A DNA stretch of 62,201 nt, filler included, from Basidiobolus ranarum (GCA_040143965.1; 13 parts of 13 records of this genome joined end to end with filler, not necessarily neighbours in it); one strand, 5' to 3'; numbered from the whole stretch's first letter, positions 1 to 11,287 are shown. Notes: a model not told the origin generated them from the letters alone. Translations and numbers: made by a program.

Positions 1-1065
1 CCGGAGAAACTCTATCTTGTCTTGGCGTTTGTCAATGGCGCGGAACTGTTTCATCATTTGCAACGTGATGGGAGATTTGACGAGAAAAGGAGCCGATTCT
101 ATGCTGCAGAGTTACTGACTGCTCTGGAGCATCTTCACAGCTATAATGTTATTTATCGGTAAGCAAGCAAATTCGTCGCTCTTTGAAGCATCTGCAAGCA
201 ATATTAACCGAGTGATTTTACCATCGAAATTAGAGATTTGAAGCCTGAGGTTAGACTAAATTGAGTATTAATCACATCCTGGTATCTTACATTCTTTGTC
301 ATATAGAATATTCTATTGGATTATAATGGACATATCGCTTTATGTGATTTCGGTCTCTGCAAACTCAATATGACGGAAAGTGACACCACCAATACATTCT
401 GCGGCACACCAGAGTACCTTGCTCCCGAATTACTTTATGGAGAAGGCTATACAAAAACTGTCGACTGGTGGACGTTCGGTGTACTTTTATTTGAAATGCT
501 TACAGGCCTTCCGCCGTTCTACGACGAGAATACTCACGAGATGTATAGGAAGATCCTAGAGGAGGAATTGAGGTTCCCCGATCATGTGGGATCGCATGCT
601 AGATCCCTCCTGAGAGGAGTAAGTAGCTCACATCCTTACTACATCGTTATGAATTCTCCGTTAATTCAGGTTCATAGTTACTTGAGAGGGATCCTAATAA
701 AAGACTGGGCAACAACCGAGCTGACGAAATTAGACGACATCCTTTCTTTGCGGAGATCGACTGGCCCAAGCTTTTAGCCAAGAAATATCAACCGCCGTTC
801 AAGCCTAATGTGGTAAGTTATTTTTGAAATCTACGCAAAAGTAAGGATAGAAAGTAATCTATTGCTATCGTAGGCCTCTGCTTTTGATACTTCAAATTTC
901 GATGAAGAGTTTACTTCAGAGATCCCGCATGATTCTGTAGCGGAAGACTCTAAACTCTCAGAAACCATGCAGAAGCAGTTTGTAGGCTTTACTTACGAGG
1001 GAGATGGGGCTTTATCGCTAGCTACCAGTCTAGGAGGACTGGGATTGGGACGAAGTATTAATTAA
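1..1065 (+). CDS. YPK1: AGC Ser/Thr kinase, YPK1/Gad8/SGK family (5'-truncated, spliced)
   Basis: Exons 1-158, 234-249, 307-618, 678-812 and 874-1065 with GT-AG introns translate to [86 protein letters not shown] (turn and hydrophobic motifs). Stop at 1063-1065. Confidence 0.93.
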
Positions 1066-4000
1066 AGTGAATTCACCATAAATCCTCGAATTGGTGGGAA
1101 ATTGTGGTAGAATGCAATTACCTTTCCAAACGATTCAACACTGGAAATAATAGTACATTTAGGAAGTTCTCTATCCACCTGCGTTCATCCATCTCCCCTA
1201 TTTGATTGATGGAATCTCACATAGCCTTTCGTGAAGAACTATCATTCCTCCACGAGTTACCACTATTCCTATTCCTACCCTTTGTGTCTTATTTTATACA
1301 AATCTCAACATTAGAAAGAAATGCTTCAATGAATGATGCCAAATATTTTGATGGAATATTGATGATAAAAGCATGCCTTATTATTGTAGTTCATCAGGTG
1401 ATTTCTCTTCGCAAATGAGATGTAAGTGGGGCCTGGAAGTGCGATTCTTCTCAACTCTACCTATAAAAGGAATAGTTTCAGGGTGAGAGGAGTCACTCAG
1501 CTTGCCTGATATGACAAATCGGGATCTTTAATGAAAGTAAGCCGGCGGTTGGTACTTTATTCTGTTTCTGCACAATCCATGACTTTGTTCAAATTGATTT
1601 ATGTATGTAATTTGAAACTTCATATGTGTTAGAGTTAGTAATCCTTTATACTGGTAATAACACCAACGGGTTGAGCACTTCTAGACCGTTACTCGGCTTC
1701 TTTACTGTCACGATGCGAGGCTTATTGGTTGTCTTTTTGTAAGTTATACCAACCTGGTGTGCTCGACTCCTATCATAGCATATTTATTGCAAATATTTCT
1801 CAAATTTTCAGATATGGCAGCCCAATACATACCTATTCTCTTAAGAGTGCTATTTAATATAAGCTGATATACCAAGTAGAGTTTGATAATTAAAGCACAC
1901 TTGACAAATGTAACCTAAAAGATATAAGATAATCAGCATTTGAATATTCTATAGTGGAAGAAGACCAGGCTCTTGGTTAAAACCATGCTAGAGAAATGCT
2001 AAGCCAACCTCTGAGCATATCATATTTATACACTTTGCTCGTATAGATACCAGTAGATAGGCTACTGTATCAATTGTGATGACTCGTAGCCAAAAACTCA
2101 CAATTATATATAATACACAAGGTAATACTAATGCTTATTGAATGTAGAGCTACAGATAGCCTACTTCTCAAGGAGTATGTTTTGCTAGAGCTAGTAATAT
2201 TATTCGGAGAGGAAACTTCTGTTCAGAAGTTGGGGGGAGGTAAACATAACCTAATTAGATTAAACCATAGAGTCACAAGAATCTCCCGTTGATAAAGATG
2301 GAAAAACAATGTTCATAATCATCATTTGTATGTTGCCAGTATTGCATCTACCCTTACTATCTAATCTAATTAAGATAATGATCGTTGACAATCCAACCAC
2401 AAGAGTGATCTCTATTCTTGGGCATTTATTTCTATAAACTGTGCAACCGCCGTAGACCTTTCTTTAATGAAACAAGCTGAGATTCATGTCAGTCAATCAT
2501 TGAGACCAAAGTACGAAACGGAACGATCATACGGCAAGACGCATATTCACTCGAGTCGAGATGCCTCCAATAGGGAAGTGATCATTCAATTTGATACAGA
2601 GTGTGTAGCCCCTCTAAGCTTAAGCATGGAAGCAACATCCGGATCAAAGTTTACCTCGTCAAAACAAATATCCAACCATCATCTAGAGAAGGGCGGTGAT
2701 CGGAGTTGGATAACCCGACGATGTTTCAAACTTAAAGTCAATGCTATTTCCATCTAGTGAGTGTTTCTATCCCTATCAAGTAAGCTTTCATATTTGAATT
2801 GATGTTCCAAAATTCATGTTGGCATGGTTTCGGAGCTCCAAGGAAACTGTTCAAATTTGCATTTTAGCTCGTTCATTTCCTGTCACTCAGTTCACATTAT
2901 TTGTAAATGTTTCTGAGGTTGTAATGGAGGCATTGAAGAGTGTACCCTGAGTACTTTGTATGGTAATATATCGATGTACCTTATACACTATATATATGAT
3001 GATCCTTCTGAGTGTTTGCTAGCCTCCAGTATTTATCATAATCACTACTACCTCGCAATATTCACGTACCAATGTCACTTAAATGAATAGAGGTTCCATC
3101 TTTCCAGTGTCTGTGGACGGACTAAACCAGGGGGAAACTATTCAATTATTAGTTTTGAGACTAGCTCATGCAACTGCTATCTGTTGCTCTCGTGTATAAA
3201 AATCTCAGTAATATACTTCAATTGGGCTTGAAGGGATTACACCTCCGAGTTGAAATACCTCTCCTAAAGAAATAAAATGTGCGTCGGAAAGCACTGTACC
3301 TTGCACTATGGATCACCTTCGGAGCCCTGGTCTTCATTTTAGAAGCTTTGTACTTTCTAGATTATATATGGTTGAATTCACCATAAACAATAGAAAAGTA
3401 CTTTACCATATTGGTCAGAAAGCCGCTAATCGGAATAGCGGTCAATCCTGCATGCAAAGTATAACTAGAAATATACTCGGAGTAGCGGCCTGATTACGCT
3501 AGCTTTCTAAGATTGGTATTTTAGGGAAGCCGGCAGAGTATTTTGAAGCAGTTGAGGCTAGATTCAAGGAACAGTTGAGTTGTCACAGTAGTCAAGAGCC
3601 AATGTGAAGATGAAAGGATTTATGCTGGGGAACAATGTCTTTGTATGATGATGATCAATCAATACGAATCAATACTAAATCACTCTAGACTAATTGGCTT
3701 CTAACACCCTCGTGAAACCTTAATTTTGGCGCCTGCACTAAAAATGGCCTGCCTGGCAGTGGAGGAAGAGTATTATCCACAGAGCCTACTAAGAGACATT
3801 GATCAAATACCTGTTTGTCTCAGACAGGGTCATGCAGCACAATGTATGAAGTAGAAAATATGAGGTGACTACATTCCCTTAAGGATCATAGCTAATGCAT
3901 GATAAGCGTAGATTTCCACTTTATTTGCCCAAAAGAACGGTTACCATACTAGATATATTCAACTATTCCAGCCCACTGAATCCGTACTAAACAAATTCAC

Positions 4001-4706
4001 GATCGCTTGGAAATAGATCTCGGATGGGAATCCCCTCTTCTAGCTCCCTCTAATCCCGTACCTCTACTATTTGTAGAAGATAACCAGATTTTAGTCATGA
4101 AACAGCGTTCTCTCGGACTGGCGTTATTATGTGATTTCGCCAGTCATTTGGTATAGTTGAAAACACGGAATTCTGACCTGTTTCAATCTAGTGTAGTGGG
4201 CCCATTCAGTAATTTATTATCACTGAAACTTGAATACTCACATCAAATGTGTCCCACTCTCTCCCCCAATGCCAACCAGTATGGAGCACAAAACTACATT
4301 AATCACGGACAGTCGCCAGCTTGTATGTATTGTATGGTCACAATGACTGTAGCCCACAATAGTGTTACTTGATTAATCTTACCCACCATTCCCTTGTCTT
4401 GAAAAGTCATTTAGTTTGTTATAAAAAAAAGCGAGGGACCGTTTAATTAGCCAAATTCCTATTTCAGACTCGTGACACACCGTCCGATCTTCTATTGTCC
4501 CAAGGATTGGTTTACCATAGAGCCTTCAATATAAAAGTGCCACTGATTCCCCTACTCATCGATGCCAAATACCCCTCGAGGAGCTTCCTCCTGTTCATAA
4601 AAACCGGGTTTGGGAATTCAACTGTATCAACTCCATTTTAACTCCATCCCTTTTCCAAATACACATTGACATCACCCGGGTGCAGATTCGTTTCTCAATA
4701 ACCTTC

Positions 4707-4806
4707 NNNNNNNNNNNNNNNNNNNNNNNNNNNNNNNNNNNNNNNNNNNNTTAATTAATTAANNNNNNNNNNNNNNNNNNNNNNNNNNNNNNNNNNNNNN
4801 NNNNNN
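4707..4806. other. Artificial contig linker (44N-TTAATTAATTAA-44N), one of 12
   Basis: Identical 100-bp spacers at 4707, 9513, 14316, 19115, 23912, 28708, 33501, 38292, 43080, 47866, 52650 and 57428. The core has stops in all six frames. Intervening contig lengths do not increase (4706, 4706, 4703, 4699, 4697, 4696, 4693, 4691, 4688, 4686, 4684, 4678, 4674). Confidence 0.99.
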
Positions 4807-4807
4807 T

Positions 4808-5152
4808 CCTTACAATAGACAAGACCCGTCTATGCGCCAATTTGGAAATGATCCTTTCAACAGACAAGACCCTTCTATGCGCCAATTTGGAAATGTTCCT
4901 TACACTAGACAAGACCCATCGGTACGCCAATATACAAATGCTCCTTTCAACAGACAAAACCCGTCCATGCGATTTGGAGGTGCTCCTTTCAACAGACAAG
5001 ACCCGTCCATGCGTCAATTTGGGAATGCTCCTTCCAACACACAAAACCCATCTATGCGCCAATATACAAATGCTCCTTACAACAGACAAAACCCATCCAT
5101 GATTCAATATCCAAATGCTTACTACAACAAACAAAATCCATCGATGGGCCAG
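4808..5152 (+). repeat. 45-bp coding minisatellite, ~8 units
   Basis: Recurrent CCTT(A/T)CAACAGACAA(G/A)ACCC-TC-ATGCG-CAAT every 45 nt (one unit of 42 nt). Confidence 0.92.
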
Positions 5153-5215
5153 TTTTCAAGTAGTCCATCCGAATTCCAATATTTAACCGCCCCTGGGAGG
5201 GTTATGAACCTTTGA
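4808..5215 (+). CDS. 3' end of a protein made of 15-aa tandem repeats (P-F/Y-N-R-Q-D/N-P-S-M-R-Q-F/Y-G/T-N-A), function unknown
   Basis: Frame is open from the contig edge to TGA at 5213-5215. About 8 repeat units differ partly at synonymous positions (e.g. CCG/CCT/CCA, TCT/TCC/TCG) and by one in-frame 3-bp deletion, consistent with coding constraint. Confidence 0.7.
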   Translation, partial: PYNRQDPSMRQFGNDPFNRQDPSMRQFGNVPYTRQDPSVRQYTNAPFNRQNPSMRFGGAPFNRQDPSMRQFGNAPSNTQNPSMRQYTNAPYNRQNPSMIQYPNAYYNKQNPSMGQFSSSPSEFQYLTAPGRVMNL

Positions 5216-6146
5216 TGGCATGAACAGCCCTTAGGCAAAACGGTTAGGTAATGAAAATTGTCAAGATTCTTATCGAATGGTTGGTAATATATTTACTCTG
5301 AGCCCGTCAACACAAACTATGGCAAATCACAGCCGAATAAAGTTTAACTACTAATTATGTAATACATAATGGCAACTTGGAGTTAAATCTTATAGTACAT
5401 GAATTGATATCTTAACTTCATGCTTGCTATAATAAATTCCACGATAATGCTTAAAATATACGTCAGAGAGGCTTTAAATTTGGAATTACTATATACCTTC
5501 ATATTAGATTCAACAGTTGAAGTTACATTACACACTTTATAAGTCACATTCTATAATCTAAGCGCCATTATCATCAATTTTTAGGCTTTCTGGCTTTGTG
5601 TTGTTATTAGATCAGATACCTGGTATGTATATAATGCATATTTACGTAAAAGCGTTGATTTAATTTAATATTAAAATAATGCGACTTGTTAACACCATAC
5701 ATTGTGCAGACTCACTTGATCAACCACTTTATACATCAATATCTCTCTCAATCTTTGGCACTTGGCTTGACACTAGAATATTTTTCCTGGCTCTTTGTTT
5801 AGTGTGTAAAGCATAATAGTCCTACCTGTTCAATTCTCAACTGCCTACAATAGATATTCTTGCCAATGCTAGATGATGCTGTATAGATGGTATAGGTCCA
5901 AGTTTTTTAAAATTTAAATTGCTCAATTGGGTAGATAGAGTTCGGATATATCGGCAAGCTACGGATATTCCCCACGAACGCTGCTTTAAGTATTAAGAGT
6001 GATACAAGTGATTAAACCTTTTGTTTTACCACCCAACCATAATGTAACTTTAATAAATAAGCTACCACGTTATACGAAATAGCCTTCCACAACTTTAGAA
6101 ATTTGGTATGACGTTACGGCGGGGAAGCTAATGGAGCACTCAAATT

Positions 6147-7109
6147 TTAGAGCGGGACTGGATGACTGAGGGTAATGGCACAGTGACCCTCCAGGTCCGT
6201 CCACCAACATGCGAGCTTAAAACCGGCAGCTGCCAATTCCGAACGCAGTCCTTCCTCGCGGAACCTGTACGAGAACCCACAATGCAGCAGCTCCTTATCC
6301 TCGAACATAACTGTCTGCTCCGGTTGAGAGAGCGTGACGTTGAATGAACGACGGGCCCGTAAACAGCTCTCAACGCGCTCTTCTTGTGAGTTCCAGACTG
6401 TGACATGATCAAAGGAATCTGGATCAAAGTTGGCGCCCAGCTCGTAGTTGAGAACAGTCAAGCTATTCTTTAAGAATGAAGCCATAGTGCCCTCGTCGTC
6501 ATTGTACGCAGATACCATTGTCTGCTCATTTCTCAACAGGTTCGTTCCAAGAAGCAGGGCGTCACCAGGATTCAGCTGGGAGCGAATTGAAGACAGCAAG
6601 AGGTGACGTTGCGTTGGTGTATGATTTCCGAAAGTGCCACCAAGAATTGTCACCAAAGTGGGTCCATTCTGGGGGTTCAGGTTTAGAGATGTATTGAAAT
6701 CTCCGACTACGGACTGGATGACGAGATCCGGATAGTCTCTACATAATGTAGAAGCGCCTTTCTTCAGAGCGCTATGACTAAGATCCACCGCGGTGTAATG
6801 AGAGAGAGAGCCTTTTTCGTGAAGTACGCCTATTAAATGGTAAGTTTTTTCTGAAGAGGCAGAGCCGAGATCGACGAGGATACGGGCAGGAATGGATGCC
6901 GCTATATCGACCGCGTGACGTCTGAGAATCTCATGTTCGACATGGAGGATATAGTACCCGGGCATGTTGACGAGGGCATCAAAGAGTTCGCTGCCTCGGG
7001 AGTCATAAATGTATCTTCCGGGAAACCTCTTCGGAGTCTTAGCCAGTCCTGAGCGCATATCTTCCCGCTTCAAGGCGTCTAAGTTGACGGATTTATTAGC
7101 AATAGGCAT
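6147..7109 (-). CDS. egtD: EgtD-like SAM-dependent aromatic amino acid N-alpha-methyltransferase (Methyltransf_33 family), intronless, actinobacterial type
   Basis: 320-aa ORF with YDSRGSELFD..YY, LVDLGSASSEKT (SAM-binding loop), LGGTFGN, LNPGDALLLGT, AYNDDEG, WNSQEERVE and ELAAAGF..WWTD. It is colinear with mycobacterial EgtD as recalled and lacks the sulfoxide-synthase domain of fungal Egt1. Confidence 0.88.
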   Translation of the reverse strand: MPIANKSVNLDALKREDMRSGLAKTPKRFPGRYIYDSRGSELFDALVNMPGYYILHVEHEILRRHAVDIAASIPARILVDLGSASSEKTYHLIGVLHEKGSLSHYTAVDLSHSALKKGASTLCRDYPDLVIQSVVGDFNTSLNLNPQNGPTLVTILGGTFGNHTPTQRHLLLSSIRSQLNPGDALLLGTNLLRNEQTMVSAYNDDEGTMASFLKNSLTVLNYELGANFDPDSFDHVTVWNSQEERVESCLRARRSFNVTLSQPEQTVMFEDKELLHCGFSYRFREEGLRSELAAAGFKLACWWTDLEGHCAITLSHPVPL

Positions 7110-7757
7110 CGTGGAGACTAATTAGTAGGGATAAAGCTGGATGCAAATAAGGGGCAAGTTGCATTATGCCATTAACTCTTTCTCTATTTAAACCTATTTG
7201 CGAGAAAATGGTGTAACTACTTCCTAATATTGTAAAAAATAGGGGGAAAACGTAAGTGGGTCTAAACACGTCATTCGTTAAACGTGTTCCTTCAAGCTCG
7301 GGGTGGTCGGGTCTTTCTTGCACTGATGGAAAACGAGCTTATACCAGATTGACCCGTATCATATTTAGACTACTCGATCTAATATTCAGCTCAACCTGGC
7401 CAATAAATATCGTTCAACTAGACACACAGTAATATACATGAGAGTATACTGAGGTTGAATGAGAATACACTTCACGCATGCTACATCTGGCAATTTCTTT
7501 GCATGCAGCAATGCATGAATGAATTAGGAATGCTAACAAGCTCATTGTCACAGTTTGAAAAAACAAGCAAGTTGCAATGTTGAGTCGGAGATTTCAACTT
7601 CATGTATTCAATAGTGTGAGGAAAGATATTTCAACCTCCAAGTGGTACTCTATATTTCATTTTGAACACTCATTGCAAGGTTTCTCTTTCAAAATATAGC
7701 ATTATTTCTAATCAGAACTCATATTGCTAGATTTTTATTAGCAGCTTATCTATTTTC

Positions 7758-8105
7758 TGTTAAAGTATTTGGGAGCCTGTTGGAAGTGGTTTAGAGAATT
7801 AGAGGAACTGGTGGTTTTCACTTATTGATTTGTTGAGTAGAAAGTTGACATTTATAGTTCTGTCAAGATATAAGTAAGCCAACATGTAGAATTTGTCAAG
7901 GAAGGTCCCAGGAACATGTGTGCAAGGTTTGGGGCTTCTAGCACAAGCTTGAAAAATCTATATATCTGAGAACTTCTAAGTTGGTAAAGTTATTCCACAT
8001 AAATTCCAATTGAGAATAATGGATAATTTCTGAGTGAATTATAAGATAACCAAGTACTAAGCTATATATGACTATATAGGTGTTTAGGTAATGCTAATTT
8101 CAACA
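7758..8105 (-). repeat. LTR family A (~348 bp)
   Basis: TG...CA termini. Related copies at 26173-26501 and 32512-32858. Confidence 0.88.
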
Positions 8106-9512
8106 CTCTCCCACAACTAAATAGTCATATAAACTAATCCTAATAAAGGTCTAAATTTCTCAAATTTCTATCTAGCTAATGATTTGGTTAACATATCAGC
8201 AATCATGTCTTCTGTAGAGCAACAAGTTAAGTCTATAAACTTATTTTCTGTAGTCTCTCTAATGAAGTGATGCTTAATTTCTATGTGTTTGCTTCTATTA
8301 TGAAACATGGGATTTTTAGCTGATTTGATACAACTTTGATTATCTTGAAATATTGTAGTTGGTGAATTTTGAGAATAACCTAAATCTGTTAAGAGTTTTC
8401 TTAACCATATTGCTTCTTTTGTTGCTTCACAGGCAGCCTTGAATTCAGCTTCTGTTGTTGAAAGTGCTACAGTAGATTGTTTCTTTGAATTCCAATAAAT
8501 AGCTCCATTACAGCAAAGAAATAAGTATCCTGTCATAGATCTCCTGTCTTCAATATCTCTTACCTAATTTGTATCTGAATATCCCATCAGCTCAAAGTTT
8601 GATCCAGAAAATGTGTATTTTAAGCACAGATTCTCAGTACCTTTCAAATATCTGAAAATCCACTCAACTGCTATGATTTGATCAGATCCATAATTTTGAA
8701 GATATGGCACCTAACTCTCACACAATATGCAAAATCTGGCCATTTTCCAACCATGATATATATCAAACTACTAAACATTGATTGATGAGGAAAATTCTGG
8801 CTTTCATTTGAATGCAAAATCATCTTATTTGAGCCATTTTTGGTCAAGTTAAGATTTGTCTCCATTGGGGTAGATACTGGTTTACATTCTTCCATTTGAA
8901 ACTTCTTTAGTATATTTAGGATATACTTAGACTGGTTTAAAGTTATTGTTTTGGTAGTTCTATCTATCCTAATTTGGATTCCAAAATAGTATATCAGTTC
9001 ACCAGCTGGATTTGGTTTTCTCCAAAGTCTTCAAGTCATTGGTTGCTGTAATAAGGTCATCTACATACAAGGCTAATAAAACTGGGTTTGTCTTATCTGG
9101 CCTGAAGTAGATACTATAGTCAGCATTACTCTTTTGGAATTTGAGTGTTTCCAAAAAAGCATCTATCTTGCTATTCCAAGCTCTTGGAGATTGTTTTAAG
9201 CCATAGAGTGTTTTCCAGAGTCTGCAAACTTTTGTAGGGTTTTCTGGGTCCACAAAACCATCTGGCTAGTCCATATAGATCTCCTCAGCAAGCTCACAGT
9301 TCAAAAAGGTAGTTTTAACATCCATTTGATGTATAACAAGCTGATATTTAGCTGAAATTGCTAAAATCAATCTAATTCAATTAAACTTTGCTACAGGAGC
9401 AAAAGTTTCTGTTTAACCTATTCCTTGTGTTTAGGAATAGCCTTAGGCTACTAGTCTAGCCTTGACCTTTCTATATTGCTATCAGAGTTGTATTAAACCT
9501 TGAACACCCATT
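7758..9512 (-). mobile_element. Decayed Ty1/copia LTR retrotransposon, 3' half (RT, RNase H, PPT, 3' LTR family A)
   Basis: Interrupted frames encode LYGLKQSPRAWN, LALYVDDLI, KPVSTPME, SKKQSTVALSTTEAEF and DMIADMLTK. A polypurine tract (GTGGGAGAG on minus) abuts the LTR. Confidence 0.95.
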
Positions 9513-9613
9513 NNNNNNNNNNNNNNNNNNNNNNNNNNNNNNNNNNNNNNNNNNNNTTAATTAATTAANNNNNNNNNNNNNNNNNNNNNNNNNNNNNNNN
9601 NNNNNNNNNNNNC

Positions 9614-9889
9614 GCCATATTTACCACTTTTCTTGCTTGTGGTATCTTGGTCATTCGACTCGCCATATTGGCTTCTAACATAAGCTGGACCATATTTCTT
9701 GACGCTCTTGACTATCTCGCTAAGAGTTTGTGGTCTACGCCAAAAAATGAAACAGAAGCGAATTCTAAGGAGAACAACCCAAATAAAAGCCCGAAGGGTG
9801 TTAGCCTGGTATCAGTCATCTCGAAGAGACGTATATCTATAAGAAGAGCCCAAAGTGACCTGGCCTCAAGCAAACCAAGTACACTTTGA
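9614..9889 (+). CDS. 3' end of a hypothetical membrane protein (5'-truncated)
   Basis: Open frame from contig edge: AIFTTFLACGILVIRLAILASNISWTIFLDAL, then a polar tail to TGA. No family recognised. Confidence 0.45.
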   Translation, partial: AIFTTFLACGILVIRLAILASNISWTIFLDALDYLAKSLWSTPKNETEANSKENNPNKSPKGVSLVSVISKRRISIRRAQSDLASSKPSTL

Positions 9890-10412
9890 GGTTGAGAAGA
9901 TATCTGGTCTCAGTATACAGGGAATAATACTTGCTTTCAATATATCACCTTAACCATTCGTGATGTTGTACAGTTGACATTTACAAATGATTATCAGTAA
10001 ATTACTTAATATCGTTTGTTTTGACTTGAACTTTATAAACAAGATAGCCTTGATGCGTGGACTACATTCTACTTGGTATAGTCGCACGTAGTCTTGGATA
10101 TAAAAGACCAACGCCCTTAACTAGAATAAATTTAACTTTACATGTAAATCCATGTAACGTGCATGTTGACTATAGTATATTCTCCCGTTTTTCGAATGTG
10201 AAGAGCAAGTCACAATTTACTGATTTACCATGGTACAATTATTTCCCATATGCTTTGAAGAATAGATGATGAGATCATCGAAATCACACCTAGAAACAGT
10301 GCCTGTTCATTGTAAGAAGATTTATTACACCGGCCTATCAATAACCAAGTGCTGGATTCAAGTTAATTAAGGTTGATATAAGATATTTCAAATGAATAAC
10401 TTCTTCTTGAAT

Positions 10413-11287
10413 TTATTCGTAACGAGTCTTCCACAAACAATCTCCAAGATAATGAATGTTATCTACACCAACTCCCTTGTTCTTCATTTTGCTAGAATTT
10501 AAGTGAATTAGATGGTATGATCTGTCTTCAAATACTCACAAATCTACTTACATATCTTCAGTCGACATCTTAGTATGGCCAATGGCAAGAATGCTCTCTT
10601 TACCTTCGGCAACGATAGCGACAACGGTGTCCTCAGGAAGTGAAACATCCATGCGAGCACCTGGTGAAGTAAGACCGGGACACATAATATTTGCTCCAGA
10701 GAGAACAAATCTGATGGCTCCACGATCCACCTGGAGACGGGGGAGCATGTCGGGGACTATATTTCAAATGTTTAGTATCACTTCTGACCATTATCTAACG
10801 ACCGACTACTTACATTGATGGGCCAACTTAAGGGTAGGATAATATGGACCATCATAATGATTGAAGAAGAGAATCTCGTTATTCATGGTGACCAAATTGA
10901 CATGTTCGTGACTTGAGAGATTTCAGGAAATTCGTTAATACTACTGGGGATTAGTTTAAAAAAGCATTTGATAAGAGAATAGTACCATTTTACTAAAATA
11001 AGTGGGGTTTTCTTTGGCATAAGGGTATCAATGACAGATTCGAGGCTAGGATACCGTTCCAAAATCTTGGAACGAATACCTCTTTGAACTGAGGACTTAA
11101 CCTGACTTTGCGTAGCAACGTCCTCCTTGATATTGAACCTATTGAAAAAGTCACAAAGGATTTTCACTTAGTTATCTTCCCTGAAGACTAAATATTCGTT
11201 TGAAAGTATTGATATAATCCCGAAAGACCTACCAATAATAACGTACGAAGATAATTGTAAAATAACGAATGCTTACTTCTTGAACAT
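10413..11287 (-). CDS. TMA20: Translation machinery-associated protein 20 (MCT-1/MCTS1, PUA domain), spliced
   Basis: [88 protein letters not shown] at 11287, TAA at 10413-10415. Confidence 0.95.

Noticed and set aside
34-51. NGAELF instead of the usual NGGELF in the YPK1 hinge
   Set aside because: A single conservative change. All catalytic motifs are intact.
1066-4706. Short ORFs (1206, 2467, 3308, 4157) and a TATA-like site near 1462
   Set aside because: No homology cues or coherent exon structure. Treated as intergenic.
4808-5152. Possible CRISPR-like array
   Set aside because: Units are contiguous 45-bp coding repeats with no unique spacers and no cas genes, in a eukaryotic context.
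6147-7109. Complete ergothioneine operon or bacterial contaminant contig
   Set aside because: No egtA/B/C/E nearby. The flanks are AT-rich and include a fungal copia LTR family shared with other contigs.
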